Of a DNA stretch of 64,000 nucleotides, positions 35,353 to 48,699 are shown piece after piece. Every line of letters starts with the position of its first letter. The first letter of the stretch is position 1. The translations under genes and the position numbers were made by a program. The DNA is from Octopus vulgaris. Its lineage: Eukaryota. A model generated the notes under the pieces. That model did no database searches, was not told where the DNA came from, and saw only the letters and a list, made by a program, of their open reading frames with translations. The stretch lies in NCBI GenBank assembly GCA_951406725.2, contig OX597824.1, positions 86,552,001 to 86,616,000 on the forward strand, read 5' to 3'.

Positions 35353-36620
35353 CTAATGCAGTTTCGCACCTCTCCTTGAAAAATGCATTTATTTGAACGA
35401 AATTTTGAATCTCTTCACTTTGACCGGCCAAAGTGAAAAGATCAAAATAATTTTTTTCGGGTTCCTATGTTTTAGATTACGAATATACAAAAAAAAAGTT
35501 TAACCCACCACCTCCACCACCATCTCTCCCCACATTTAATATTTTGAACTTTTTCGAAATTTTTTTCCCCTATTTTTTAGATGACGGAGACTCCGAATAT
35601 GCAAGAAACCAAGATTTCAGAATTTTAGGGGGTGAATTTTGAGCCCCTTATTAAACTTTATAACATTAATGTTTATTTCTCATAAAATGGTGTATATTTA
35701 ATTAGAAATGTTGCATTTCTAAATCTTTCAGAGAGACTTTATACAGTAGCAGCACGATAAAGTGATGGTCTGTTGCCAATGAAGTGCAATGACTCTGGAA
35801 CTAGTCCCTGGATACTGGCTTTGCTGAGTGGGGGTGCTTATCCCCACTGTTTGAAAACTTAAGGACACAAAATGCTTGTGTCACATAGCCAACTGGAAAC
35901 GGTGTTTCCTGGGGCTAAATAGCAGTAGCATTCTTCCTTATCCCAGGACTGCTACATTAGGTTTATATTTAACTAGCAGTATCACCCGGCGTTGCTCGGG
36001 TTTGTTTTGACCCTTTTAGAATTGGAATTTTTGAAAAGTAAAAATTTTGCATTATGTAGCTTGTTATTCTCTTTAAGTGAACATTTTTCTGGTTGAAATA
36101 CACCGAAAAATGGTGACACAGCTGTCAAAAAATCGTAAAAAATAGGGATTTTCATAGATAAAAAAGCACCTTTTTGATGTAAATAATTTTTGGTGTTAAC
36201 ATGGTCCGATTTAAATTTTATCTTCTACAGAAGGAAGGGCAAGCCTTCTTCTATCATACTCTCAATTTTAGTCAACTTGCGCCGCAGGGTCTCGGAGGAG
36301 ATAGTGTTAGTTGAAGGCTGCCATACACAGACAACTTCAGCTTTATATATTTAGAGATTTACATTAAATTATTATTTAAGGTAAACACAAGTAAAACGCA
36401 AATTCTTTTCACTTTAATGATCTTGTCTGTATTTAATTTCGATTTGCATATGTTCGTCAATTAGCTAAGTAAACAAAATTAAAAATTTTAACTGGGGTGG
36501 GTGAAATTTTTTTTTTCTTTTTTGCATATTTGTAATTAACGACATCTAAAACGTAGGAAACCGAACAAAAGTTTGTTCAAAAAAATACATTTTTCAAGGA
36601 GAGGTGCGAAACTGCATTAG
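35353..36620. mobile_element. Non-autonomous DNA element with long imperfect TIRs, immediately 3' of the sterol reductase stop
   Basis: ctaatgcagtttcgcacctctccttgaaaaatg at 35353 is exactly inverted at the end at 36620; similarity extends about 130-160 bp with indels; no TSD seen. Confidence 0.8.
35973..36357 (-). mobile_element. Non-autonomous Helitron nested in the TIR element
   Basis: Reverse complement of the 4590-4987 family. Confidence 0.88.
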
Positions 36621-37029
36621 AGCTATGTATGTTTAACTGGTTCACGTGGCGGAAAATGTAAACGAAACCTTTCCCCCTTTTAAAATTTTTTTTCTATTCA
36701 TTTTATGATACAGACGTGTTTATCATGAATGTTCTGTGTAAATTATACTGACACGAGTAATATAACCTACTTTGACGTGTCAAGATTAACATTCCGAGCT
36801 GAAAATTGTTTTAATCCTTATATACTACATTTCAAGTGTAATGCATTTATACCGACAAATATACAACATTCATATTACAGCCCTGCATACTTTCTATGTG
36901 TTTACAGACTTACTATGTCGGGTGACTCAACCCGATTAATACTAGAGCTTACACACACATTTTTTTCCTTGACTCCCTGTTCCCTCACATACGCATTTAA
37001 AAACCTACATCCTCCAGGCTTGTCACACA

Positions 37030-37715
37030 TATACTCATTCCCTTTAAGACGGGCGAGCTGGCAGAATCGTTAGCGCGCCGGGCGAAATGCTTACCGACAT
37101 TTCGTCTGCCGCTACGTTCTGAGTTCAAATTCCGCCGAGGTACACTTTGCCTTTCATCCTTTCGGGGTCGATAAATAAAGTACCAGTTTCGCACTGGGGG
37201 TCGATGTAATCGACTTAATCCCTTTGCCTGTCCTTGTTTGTCCCCTCTATGTTTAGCCCCTTGTGGGCAATAAAGAAATAAGAAATGTTAGCGCGCCGGG
37301 CGAAATGCTTAGCGGCATTTCGTCTGCCGCTACGTTCTGAGTTCAAATTCCGCCGAGGTACACTTTGCCTTTCATCCTTTCGGGGTCGATAAATAAAGTA
37401 CCAGTTTCGCACTGGGGGTCGATGTAATCGACTTAATCCCTTTGCCTGTCCTTGTTTGTCCCCTCTATGTTTAGCCCCTTGTGGGCAATAAAGAAATAAG
37501 AATCGTTAGCGCGCCGGGCGAAATGCTTACCGACATTTCGTCTGCCGCTACGTTCTGAGTTCAAATTCCGCCGACGTCGACTTTGCCTTTCATCCTTTCG
37601 GGGTCGATAAATAAAGTACCAGTTTCGCACTGGGGGTTCGATGTAATCGACTTAATCCCTTTGCCTGTCCTTGTTTGTCCCCTCTATGTTTAGCCCCTTG
37701 TGGGCAGTAAAGAAA
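37030..37715 (+). repeat. SINE family B as a head-to-tail trimer (218-bp period). Other copies at about 5090-5285, 10105-10525, 11510-11742, 26457-26690, 29840-30070, 38008-38470, 60507-60740, 62590-62820, 63460-63725
   Basis: GAGTTCAAATTCC B-box and a Meta-domain-like GTCGACTTTGCCTTTCATCCTTTCGGGGTCGATAAA..AAGTACCAG; ORF starts at 37194/37412/37630 show the period. Confidence 0.9.
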
Positions 37716-39146
37716 TATATACTCACTCCCTTTGTTGTACTCTCACGTCTCTCTACTGAAAAGCGCCTTTGTTTTGTTTTTTGTTACACCTCCTGCCTTT
37801 CTAACATGTTATTATCTCTAATACAACATCGATGCACGAGTGCGCGCACCGGGACCACTCTTCTTAAATAGTACCCAGTATTATATTGACTTTGAATGTC
37901 TCTGTGTGTTTTGCACTGTTTTTTGCTCGTGCCTTACCTGGATGTGTATTGTTGTACTAATACAGATTGCCTCAAGACCTTTTTGTTGTTGTTGTTGTTA
38001 TTAATAAGGTGGCAAGCTGGCAGAATCGTTAGCACGTCGACCAGAATGCACCATGGGTATTTCGTCTGCCGTTACGTTCTGAGTTCAAATTCTGCCGAGG
38101 TCGACTTTGCCTTTCATCCTTTTGCGGTCGATAAATTAAGTACCAGTGAAATACTGGGGTCGATGTAATCGACTTATCCCCTTCCCCAAAAAGTGGATGC
38201 TCTTGCGGCAAAATTTGAAGCCGTTATTATTATTATTATTAAAAGGCAGTGAGCTGGCAGAAACGTTAGCGTGCCGAGCAAAATGCCTAGCGGTATCTCG
38301 TCTGCCGCTACGTTCTGAGTTCAAATTCCGCCGAGGTCAACTTTGCCTTTCATCCTTTCGGGGTCGATAAATTAAGTACCAGTTACACACTGGGGTCGAT
38401 GTGATCGACTTAATCCGTTTGTCTGTCCTTGTTTGCCCCCTCTATGTTTAGCCCCTTGTGGGTAGTAAAAAATAAATTTATCATTATTATTATTATTATT
38501 ATCTTCTTGATATAAAGGACTTCTTGCAACTAGAGTTTTACTTGGAATGGACATTTTACTGTGGGACAACATTATTGAACTTTATTGAAAATTTTCCTTT
38601 TTACAAGAATGCCGGAAACACTGATTATATACACTTGATTGAATCAAATTTTACAAGTTATATCTTGGAGCTCCCCCACCGAAAAAAGTGCCTCGCAGAA
38701 GTCCTTACCAGAGAGTTTTTATGAGTGCATATTTCATCAAGGATTTCTTGGTCAACATAGATGTTTCCTTCCTTTTAGTGTGCTGCATGCTTGAGCCAAC
38801 CACTGTTCTTTTATCTGCTGACAAATCAAAAACACAGATGGAAATAATGGTATCAAAAAAATTTTTCCTTAAAGCATTCACCATAGCCCTTAACAAATTG
38901 AACATTAGTTGTTTCGTTGTCCAAAGAGGTTTCCGATGGTAGTCTATATTCTGATTACCAACACAAAGTCCTTGTGAATGTCCCTGTGAACCGCAGTTAT
39001 TGCATACGTTATCCATGTCTTGATATCCACCTGAATGCTAAACCACATGAACTGAATTTGAGACCATCTTTTTTCCCCCGCAAAAAAAAAAGATAATAAT
39101 AGTTTTCCTATAATACCTTTTCCATTTTACATCATGAATACATCAT

Positions 39147-39547
39147 GGATCTTTTCAGTTTGAACGGCAGTTTTTAACATAATTTCTAGGTAACTAAAAA
39201 ATTTAAAACTTCGTATACTGGTAGGATGTGTTTATAAAACATCTTTTTCTCTTGGCTTTATTAAGAAAATTCTATACTTTGTAAGATATTTGTTTTTTTT
39301 CTGCAATTTCAACCAATCACTGGCATCTATTGAGGTAAAAAAAACATTCTGTGCCGTATGAATATGTCCCTCATTTAAGAAACACATTGGGTTTATTTAC
39401 ATTTGTGAAGAAAAAAAGATACCCTTCCCCCCACACCTAACCCTAACCCAGATTAAAATGCAATAGATTGATACTAGGGTCATAATTATGGGTGACAATT
39501 TCATATGACACCACTAGAAAAAACTGCCATTCAAACCGAAAAGATCT
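39147..39547. mobile_element. Second, inverted copy of the GG-ended MITE
   Basis: Same TIRs and body as 28203-28611 in reverse orientation; decayed TSD tacatcat/tacatttt. Confidence 0.82.
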
Positions 39548-39903
39548 TACATTTTTTATGAATCAATGCAAGGCAATTTTTGCCTAATATTATAAAGCAC
39601 TGATTTTAATATCGTTATTTTTTTATCTGCCCTACACAATATTATTTATGCTAGGTTCAGATTTGAAAAGACTGCTTAATGACTTTCTGAAATACTTCCA
39701 ATACTGACTAGATTCTTAGAACCAAACATTCATATTAGTTTAATCTGCCGGAAGAAGCAAATGTTGTAATACTTTGTAATAGTGGATCAAATTTTATTTA
39801 ATATCATTTTGGGGGACAAAGATATATTTTTTCTAACCCATTAACTGCAAAATTAAATTTCATGGTTATTCCTGTAATGATGTTGAATATCTACCAAAAT
39901 ATA

Positions 39904-41187
39904 TTGGGTTGTCTGGAAAGTTCTTGCCGATTTTTAAAGGAAAGAAAAAGGTCAATAAATACTTGCCATTACATTTTTTATCAACCAAATATGAACCATT
40001 TTGTTGCACAATGCGTCTCCATCTTTCCTTTAACTTGAAAATACCCTTTTCCCAGAATCGTGGTGGTTTCATGGCAAAGAATTCATCAAGGTATCTTTTT
40101 ACGTCATCCAAGGAATTGAAATTTTTACCATTAAGACTATTCTGCAGAGACCTGAATAAGTGGAAATTCGAAAGAGCAATATCTGGTGAATATGGATGGT
40201 GGGGTAATACATCCCAGCCGAGCTGCAGCAATTTTTATCTGGTTCTCAAAGAAACGTGCAGTCTTGCATTATCATGTTGGAAAACAACACCCTTCCTATT
40301 GGCCAATTCTGGATATTTCTCTTGAATTGCTGCTTTTAACTTGTCCAGTTGTGTGCAGTATTTCTCAGAATTAATTGTCTGGTTACTTGGAAGAAGCTCA
40401 TAGTACAGAATTCCTTTCCAATCCCACCAGACACAAAGCAAGACTATTTTAGGGTCAAGACCCGCTTTTGGGGTGGCTAAGGGTGGCTCATGTTGCTTAC
40501 TCCAGGATATCTTTCTCTGAACATTTCAGTAGATAATCCATTTCTCATCACCTGTCACAATTTGCTTTAAAAAAGGTGCGTTTTGATTCCGTTTATAAAG
40601 CAAATCACAGATGGTAATGCAATCCAAAAGATTCTTCTCACTCGACTCATGTGGTACCCAAACATCATAGCGATTTGTGTACCCAAACTTTACCTGATGT
40701 TCATGAACAACGGATTTTGATAGGTTGAGGCTTTCTGCCAATTCTCGGGTTGTGCAATGTGGGTTATTCTCAATTAATGATTTGATTTGGTCATCATCTG
40801 TAGTGGATGGTCTACCTGATCACTCTTTATCAATAAGGCTACAATCTCCAGCTCGGAATCTTGCGAATCACTTCTGTAAAGTTCTTTCGGATAAAGAAAC
40901 ATCACCGTAAACTGCGCATATTTCTTTGGTTGCTTGTGAGGCATTTTTCCCTTTATGGAAAAAGAAAAGCATCAAGTGCCGGAAATGAACTTTCTTATCT
41001 TCCATTTTAAAGGGTTACAGAATTAACACAGGTTATAGGAACATAAAACTTCTTCCATGAAAAGATAGCTTAAACTGTGCTCTAAATGGAGGTGTAGTCA
41101 AATCCTATCTTATGGACTCAACCATGTTCTAAAATAAGTCAAAAGGTAAGCTACTATAAATCGGCACAAACTTTCTGGACAACCCAA
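39904..41187 (-). mobile_element. Full-length mariner (Tc1/mariner, DD34D) DNA transposon with a decayed transposase
   Basis: About 28-bp TIRs (TTGGGTTGTC.GGAAAGTT..TGCCGATTT) flanked by TA. The transposase runs from the ATG at 41005 with WVPHE, TGDEKW, QHDNARLH and PYSPDIA motifs, broken by stops and frameshifts. Confidence 0.95.
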
Positions 41188-41636
41188 TAGAATTGGTTTT
41201 CTGCAAGTCATATTGCCTTTATAAATTTGACAATTCCCAACAAAAATTAGTTTCAAATATACAACATTCCCCTACTAATGATAATTGGTATACAAAACTG
41301 CTTTCTGCAGTTAAGGGTAATGAAATTTTGAATGGATATATCTGATTTGTGCAGTATCAGGGTTAAGACGTTTTTTAAGAACAAAAATATATTCTAAAGT
41401 GTAAATTTTTAATTAACCAAGTTGCTCAGAGTTGTCTAATATTCAAGTACAAGACATCTCACTTTGAAATCCATTGTCTAACATTTTAGTATTACTTTTA
41501 CATAAAACAACTGCATTTTGTAAAGTAAAAACTGTTTTATGATTGTGTTTGTAATTGTTGTCATTCACCCTCACATTCGTCCTGATTGAGCAAGTCTATG
41601 AACGAAGCCATTCCAAGTATGACCACTCTGTCTTTT

Positions 41637-42317
41637 TGTATATCTAAAACTGCTTTATCCATTGTGCACAACTTTTTAAAGTGGGTGAGATATATCATTT
41701 GAAGAGGGTTTAGCTGCTATTTCTAGCAGGTTGAGTGACCACTTAGAGTCCACCTCTAGCTCATGCTTGTACTGATTGTTTGGTGTTCTAGCAGCTTACT
41801 CAACCTGCTAGAAATAGTAGTCACATTTCCCTCAAATCACGTTTTATTGTATTTCGGAATGGTCATATATCTAAAACTGCTTTATCCATTGTGCACAATT
41901 TTTTGAAGAGGGTTTAGCTGCTATTTCTAGCAGGTTGAGTGACCACCTAGAGTCCGCCTCTAGCTCATGCTTGTACTGATTGTTTGGTGTTCTAGCAGCT
42001 ATGAACCTTTACTTTGTTACTCAACCTGCTAGAAATAGTAGTCACATTTCCCTCAAATCACGTTTTATTGTTGTATTTCGGAATGGTCATATATCTAAAA
42101 CTGCTTTATCCATTGTGCACAAATTTTTAAAGTGGGTGAGATATAATTTGAAGAGGGTTTAGCTGCTATTTCTAGCAGGTTGAGTGACCACTTAGAGTCC
42201 TCCTCTAGCTCATGCTTGTACTGATTGTTTGGTGTTCTAGCAGCTATGAACCTTTACATTGTTACTCAACCTGCTAGAAATAGTAGTCACATTTCCCTCA
42301 AATCACGTTTTATTGTC
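41637..42317. repeat. Local tandem triplication of a ~230-bp unit containing an internal inverted repeat
   Basis: tatctaaaactgctttatccattgtgcacaa at about 41641, 41867 and 42092; gctatttctagcaggttgagt / actcaacctgctagaaatag within each unit. Confidence 0.88.
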
Positions 42318-43729
42318 TTAGAGAAAAGAGGACACATTGAATAATGTCTTGGGTTATACTGCATCATCATCATCATCACTTAATGTCCACTCTTTGATGT
42401 TTGTTGGTCAAACGGAATTTGATGAGGCAGATTTTCTACAGCTTGATGCCATTCCTGTTGCCAGGCTTCACCTGTTGCCAAGCCTGAAAGAAAAAGAGAA
42501 GTTTGCTACAAGTACCCAGGAAAAAGAGCTACAAGTACCCGTGTTCACAGTTTGACATTATTTCATTTTTGTCTCACCATACGGTTTTGGTTGGTTTTGT
42601 TTTTCATAAAATTTTAGCCCTTTTGTATCTAAACCGGCCATATCCAACCCAAGTCTTCTACTAATTATATGTTTGGACCAGTACAGTATCATCATCATCA
42701 TCGTTTAACGTCCGTTTTCCATGCTAGCATGGGTTGGACGGTTCAACTGGGGTCTGGGAAGCCAGAAGGCTGCGCCAGGCCCAGTCTGATCTGGCAGTGT
42801 TTCTACAGCTGGATGCCCTTCCTAACGCCAACCACTCTGAGAGTGTAGTGGGTGCTTTTTATGTGCCACCCACACAGGTGCCAGAAGAGGCTGGCAAAAC
42901 GGCCACGATCGGGTGGTGCTTTTTACGTGCCACCGGCACGGAGGCCAGTCAGGGCGGTGCTGGCAACAAATAAATAATCATATCAAAATTTCAAAGCTTC
43001 AAAATAATGCATGATTAATTCAAAACAGTTTGAATGAATAAGCGATGCATTTGATTGGTTAATCTGAATGCCAAAGGGATAAATTTGCTTTCGTTTTAGG
43101 GTTTGGACAATTATTGCTTATGGTTGCATAAAAGATCTTTGAGCAACCTTCTAAGCAAATTTTACAATATGCTTTATGTATAAAAAAAAAACGTTGCCCT
43201 TTTCAAGCCTAGCTAGGCTCATGGGCCCGGTTTCCCGGTTTCTGTGATGTATGTGTTCCCCCCAGCTGAACAGGATGCCAGTCCATCACAGTGTTACTCA
43301 AGAAGAGAGAGTGAGAGAAAGTTGTGGTGAAAGAGTACAACAGGGGTCGCCACCACCCCCTGCCGGAGCTTCATGGAGCTTTTTAGGTGTTTTCGCTCAA
43401 TAAACACACACAACGTCAGGTCTGGGAATCGAAACCGTGATCCTCCAACTGCGAGTCTTCTGCCCTAACCACTGGGCCATTGCTTTATCTATAATCTACA
43501 TGCTTTATCTATAATTTTAAAAAAATTCTAATTGCCTTATTTGATGATATAAAAGACACAGTCCAATTTCAACAGCACATATTCAGGGACAGAGGTTTCG
43601 GTACATTAAAGCATGTAATATAGGCCCGACTTTACGTAGGATCCAGGGTGATGTTTTAAGACATCTTTATTTTTTTTTTAAAAGTGCATCATGTATGCCA
43701 TCAAATTCTTGCAAACCAGTGATTCTTAA

Positions 43730-44345
43730 CCCTTTAACATTCAGATTACTCTGTGAAATGTAATATTTATTTATTCACATTATTTTCAATTAATCATGCA
43801 TTATCTTTGTAGCTTCAAGATTTCAATGATGTTTATTTTTAGAATGGGCTAGTTGTGAGAGGTCAGATATGGCCAGTTTGAACATAAAATAGGAAAAATA
43901 TTGAGGCTGGATATGGCCTGTTTAACCCTATCATTACTGTATTTCTGTTGAGATGCTCTGTGTTTCTTTCAGTTAATTTAAATATAACAAAGAATTTAGT
44001 AAAATAACTTAGTTATCATTAAGCTAGTGTTAGGAACATAAATTGTGACTAAGGTTTGATGGAAGATTTTAATTCAAAACTTAGGAAAACAATACATTTG
44101 TACTACAGAGCCAGAGCCAGTTTCAGCCATTTAAGATGCTCTGTGTTTCTTTGAATTATTTTAAATATAACAAAGAATGTAGTAAAATAACTTAGTTATC
44201 ATTAAGTTAGTGTTAGGAACATAAATTGTGACTAAGGTTTGATGGAAGATTTTAATTCAGAACTTATGAAAACAAGACATTTGTACTACAGGGCCAGAAG
44301 TGGTTTCAGCTGGGTTGGTAACGAAAGGGTTAAATGCCAAAGAGG
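43730..44345. mobile_element. Nested TTAA-specific (piggyBac-type) MITEs: family B (43926-44329) inserted into a TTAA of family A
   Basis: TTAA|CCC...GGG|TTAA boundaries for the inner element; the outer element resembles uninterrupted copies at about 9741-9969, 59059-59266 and 62995-63215. Confidence 0.8.
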
Positions 44346-44679
44346 TTAAACACTTAGTTTCTAAGAGGTGGAATTTGAAATCTCAAGGGAAAATTTTCCA
44401 AAGAAAGAAAGAATATACAATGTACATCTTCCAAATACTCAGCTTTAGGTTTATTACAAATTAACAGTTCAGAAGGAAAAAAACTGCTGCTTCAGGTTTA
44501 ATCCTATCTGGATCTATTCAATGACTGAAATTTGAAAAACAAGGGATGGAGGATATGTCTAAGACACAAAACCTATGCTTTGGTGTATCCTAGATGTCAT
44601 TGGAATTATAATAGAATATATGTCTTAGAGTAGTATACTTTATTATGTTATTCTTTTATTGGTTTCAGCCATCCTGGGG

Positions 44680-45060
44680 CAGACGCTCGACCTTTATTCT
44701 TTAGAAAAACGCTGACGCCGTGGTGATCTCATTCTTGCTCACAACATCATAAGCGGAAAGTGTAACCTCTCAAAAGAGCTGTTCTTCACTCCTGCTCCAG
44801 AGCATCGGCTACAGGGTCACTCGGAAAAGCTCTATCTGCGACGATTTCATCTCAATCGAAGGAGAGGGGCTTTCTCCGTCCGGGTTGCGAATATGTGGAA
44901 TAAGCTGCCGGACGAGATAGTGAAGATGCTGACGACCGCTCGGTTCAAAGTCTCTCTTGACCAGAAATGGCCTGAACTCTTTGCATGAACACCACCCTGT
45001 ACATAACTCCATGTCCCCCTACATGGCCTTGCTTTTTGCTTTTTGAGCCAAAAAATTAAC
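44680..45060 (+). mobile_element. CR1-like LINE 3' fragment
   Basis: RRGDLILAH...RLQGHSEKL...AFSVRVANMWNKLPDEIV...FKVSLD. Confidence 0.7.
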
Positions 45061-46956
45061 TTCCATTGTAGATGTTGAAGGTTACTCATTGGACTTGAAA
45101 CCTCTTCTGTGATCATGACAGATGAGTTACCATTATATCAACACAATCCCTCAAATATTTCGTTTTTAAGCAAGAAAACACAATTAATATTGTGGAAGTA
45201 GTAGGCGTATAGGCGCAGGAGTGGCTGTGTAGTAAGTAGCTTGTCTACCAACCACATGGTTCCGGGTTCAGTCCCACTGCGTGGCACCTTGGATAAGTGT
45301 CTTCTACTATAGCCTCGGGCCGACCAAAGCCTTGTGAGTGGATTTGGTAGACGGAAACTGAAAGAAGCCTGTCGTATATATGTATATATATGTGTATATG
45401 TTTGTGTGTCTGTGTTTGTCCCCCCCAACATCGCTTGACAACCGATGCTGGTGTGTTTACGTCCCTGTAACTTAGCGGTTCGGCAAAAGAGACCGATAGA
45501 ATAAGTACTGGTCTTACAAAAGAATAAGTCCCGGGGTCGAGTTGCTCGATTAAAGGCGGTGCTCCTGCATGGCCACAGTCAAATGACTGAAACAAGTAAA
45601 AGAGTAAAGAGTACATATAGTGTTTTTATAACCCTAGGCCAGTCCTAACTGTACAAACCTATGTTCAAAGCATTCAAGCTATGAGCATCACATCTCCCTT
45701 TTAGGGGAATGTAAGACTACAACTTATTTAAGTTGGCAGGATATTGAGGTCAAGAGCAGGATATTGGGGTCAAGCAGCCTTAGAGAGACTCCTTGTGGAA
45801 TGTATAACTAAATAACACAGTCAATTTCTGATATTCATTTATGAAACAAATACTTTTAATTTGGTTTTGAGTCTTGGCGAATTCTGTATAGTAAGCATTA
45901 AATGTAATTCAAGAGAGTGTGAAAAAAAAAAAACCCCCAACATTCCACTTTTATGTGGGATAATGCTAAAAATAGGTCGACTACCTTTGTAGCTGGAAGG
46001 TCCTTTTTTTTCTTTCTTTTTTTTTTTTTGAGAGGTGAGGTGCCCAAGTGTCAACTGTTGTCTTAAGCAGAAAAATGAGATTGCCAGAATGTGTGTGTGT
46101 GAGTGTATAATATGTATATAAAGAAACATTGGTCATAGAACAAACATCAAATTCGAGTCATCTCAGCTTTATATATAAATAACACCATACCTCAAACATT
46201 TAATCATATATAAATAGTACCATGGTTCCTAAATATATAAAATATATGTATACATAAAAACACAGTAGGTAAGAATATATATGCAAATAAAATACAAATA
46301 CAAGGCACAGGAGTGGCTGAGTGGTAAGTAGCTTGCTAACCAACCACATGGTTCTGGGTTCAGTCCCACTGTGTGGCATCTTGGGCAAGTGTCTTCTACT
46401 ATAGCCCCGGGCCGACCAATGCCTTGTGAGTGGATTTGGTAGACGGAAACTGAAAGAAGCCTGTCGTATATATGTATATATATATATATATGTATGTGTG
46501 TCTGTTTGTCCCCCTAGCATTGCTTGACAACCAATGCTGGTGTGTTTACGTCCCCATCACTTACCAGTTCGGCAAAAAGAGACCGATAGAATAAGTCCCG
46601 GGGTCGAGTTGCTCGATTAAAGGCGGTGCTCCAGCATGGCTGCAGTCAAATGACTGGAACAAGTAAGAGAGTAAATATATAGAATGGCCTATCAAAAAAT
46701 GTAAGTATAAATGACTAAATATTCCAAAGCGTGTCAGGCTACCAAAAAAACTAATAAACTAAGATCAAATAATATATCAAACAACAAAAAATATTTTTAA
46801 AAGTTTTTTTACTCCCCTCGTGCAAAAAGTTCCATTCTTAAAACTGGTTACACAGATATACTAGAATATTAGTGGACTGTTATGTAGATAAATGTATGTA
46901 TGTGTGGGTGTGTGTATGCACATGTATTTTTTTTTTTTTGTATATATGAAAATGCA

Positions 46957-47549
46957 TAATGATAACTAAGTTATTTTACTAAATTCTTTGTTATATTTAA
47001 AGTAATTGAAAGAAACTCAGAGCATCTCAAATGGCTGAAACCGGTTCTGGTTCTGTAGTACAAATGTTTTGTTTTCATAAGTTCTGAATTAAAATCTTCC
47101 ACCAAACCTTAGACACAATTTATGTTCCTAACACTAGCTTAATGATAACTAAGTTATTCTACTAAATTCTTTGTTATATTTAAAGTAATTGAAAGAAACT
47201 CAGAGCATCTCAAATGGCTGAAACTGGCTCTGATTCTGTAGTACAAATGTTTTGTTTTCATAAGTTTTGAATTAAAATCTTCCACCAAACCTTAGACACA
47301 ATTTATGTTCCTAACACTAGCTTAATGATAACTAAGTTATTCTACTAAATTCTTTGTTATATTTAAAGTAACTGAAAGAAACACAGAGCATCTCAAATGG
47401 CCTAAAATCTTCCACCAATTCTTAGTCACAATTTATGTTCCTAACACTAGCTTAATGATAACCAAGTTATTTTACTAAATTTTTTGTTATATTTAAAATT
47501 AATTGAAAGAAACACGGAGCATCTCAACAGAAATACAGTAATGAAAGGG
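46957..47549. repeat. Tandem ~180-bp array derived from TTAA-MITE family B (over 3 units, one end missing)
   Basis: Repeated core ending in GAAAGGG|TTAA. Confidence 0.8.
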
Positions 47550-47871
47550 TTAAGGATGGGAATCATCTGCAGTGGTAAAAGAAGAGGAAAAAAAAAATTA
47601 ATGGGACAAAATGGAGACAACTCATTGCTTCTTTGGATTCTCTCCTCGCTTATGTGTTTCTTACAACAGTTGATTTGAAATAAAATATTCTCTGCATCAA
47701 TATCAGCAATCATAGGTGGGGCTTGCAAAATCCATTTGAACCCTAGACCAAACAAATAAAAAAAAAAGAAGGGGTGCATAGGGGGACACACTTACATAAT
47801 GTAGTCTTGGAAGTCTGGAATATAGGACAAGATTGTCATGACTGGATTGCTTTGATTATAGCTCTGTTTAA

Positions 47872-48253
47872 TCTCTCTCTATATATAAAGCTGAAGTTGT
47901 CTGTGTATGGCAGGTTTGGTAGCCTTCAACTAACACTATCTCCTCCGAGACCCTGCGGCACAAGTTGATCAAAATTGAGAGTATGATAGAAGAAGGCTTG
48001 CTCTTCCTTCAGTAGAAGACAAAGTTCAAATCGGACCATGTTAACATCAAAAAGGTGCTTTTTTTTTTCTATGAAAATCCCTATTTTTTAATGATTTTTT
48101 GACTGCTGTGTCGCCATTTTTCAGTGTATTTCAACCAGAAAAATGTTCACTTAAAGAGAATAACAAGCTACATAATGCAAAATTTTTACTTTTCAAAAAT
48201 TCCAATTCTAAAGGGCCGAAACAAACCCAAGCAACGCCGGGCGATACTGCTAG
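47872..48253 (+). mobile_element. Non-autonomous Helitron
   Basis: Copy of the 4590-4987 family; A|TC...CTAG|T. Confidence 0.88.
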
Positions 48254-48699
48254 TTAAAGCTAAACTGGTGATAAACAATTAAACAATAACAAACAACATC
48301 AAAGGAATGCATTTATTTATTCCATTTATAAAGTATTAAACGAATTGTACATAAGGTTTAGATTTATGAAATAATAAAAAAAAAAAGTGTTTTGTAAAAA
48401 TACAACAATATTGGGGTTTTTTAAGAAAAAAACAACAAAATATCTTTAAAAAAAACAATAAAATGGGGAATGGATACATAAATACAAGCATTACAATGAC
48501 TGTGTCACAACATTGACGTATTTATATTTCCTTTCTACAAATGATTAACAACAGGTTGATATGAGTTGACCTGTAGGACGGAGGATGTTAAAGTGCTAGT
48601 ACTCTAAGCGAAGCTACTAAAGCTAGAGAACAAGGATAAGGCAGTTAAATGCAGCAATAAAATTGGGAAGCTATTCGCTTTTTCTTACTTTCATTATGT

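Noticed and set aside
38520-39016. 103-aa ORF starting MDNVCNNCGSQGH (zinc-knuckle-like)
   Set aside because: The CCHC spacing is only approximate, and I recognised no splice context or family; possibly a decayed element. A tblastx search would settle it.
46957-47549. Regularly spaced repeats as a CRISPR-like array
   Set aside because: Eukaryotic context, and whole units repeat with no unique spacers.
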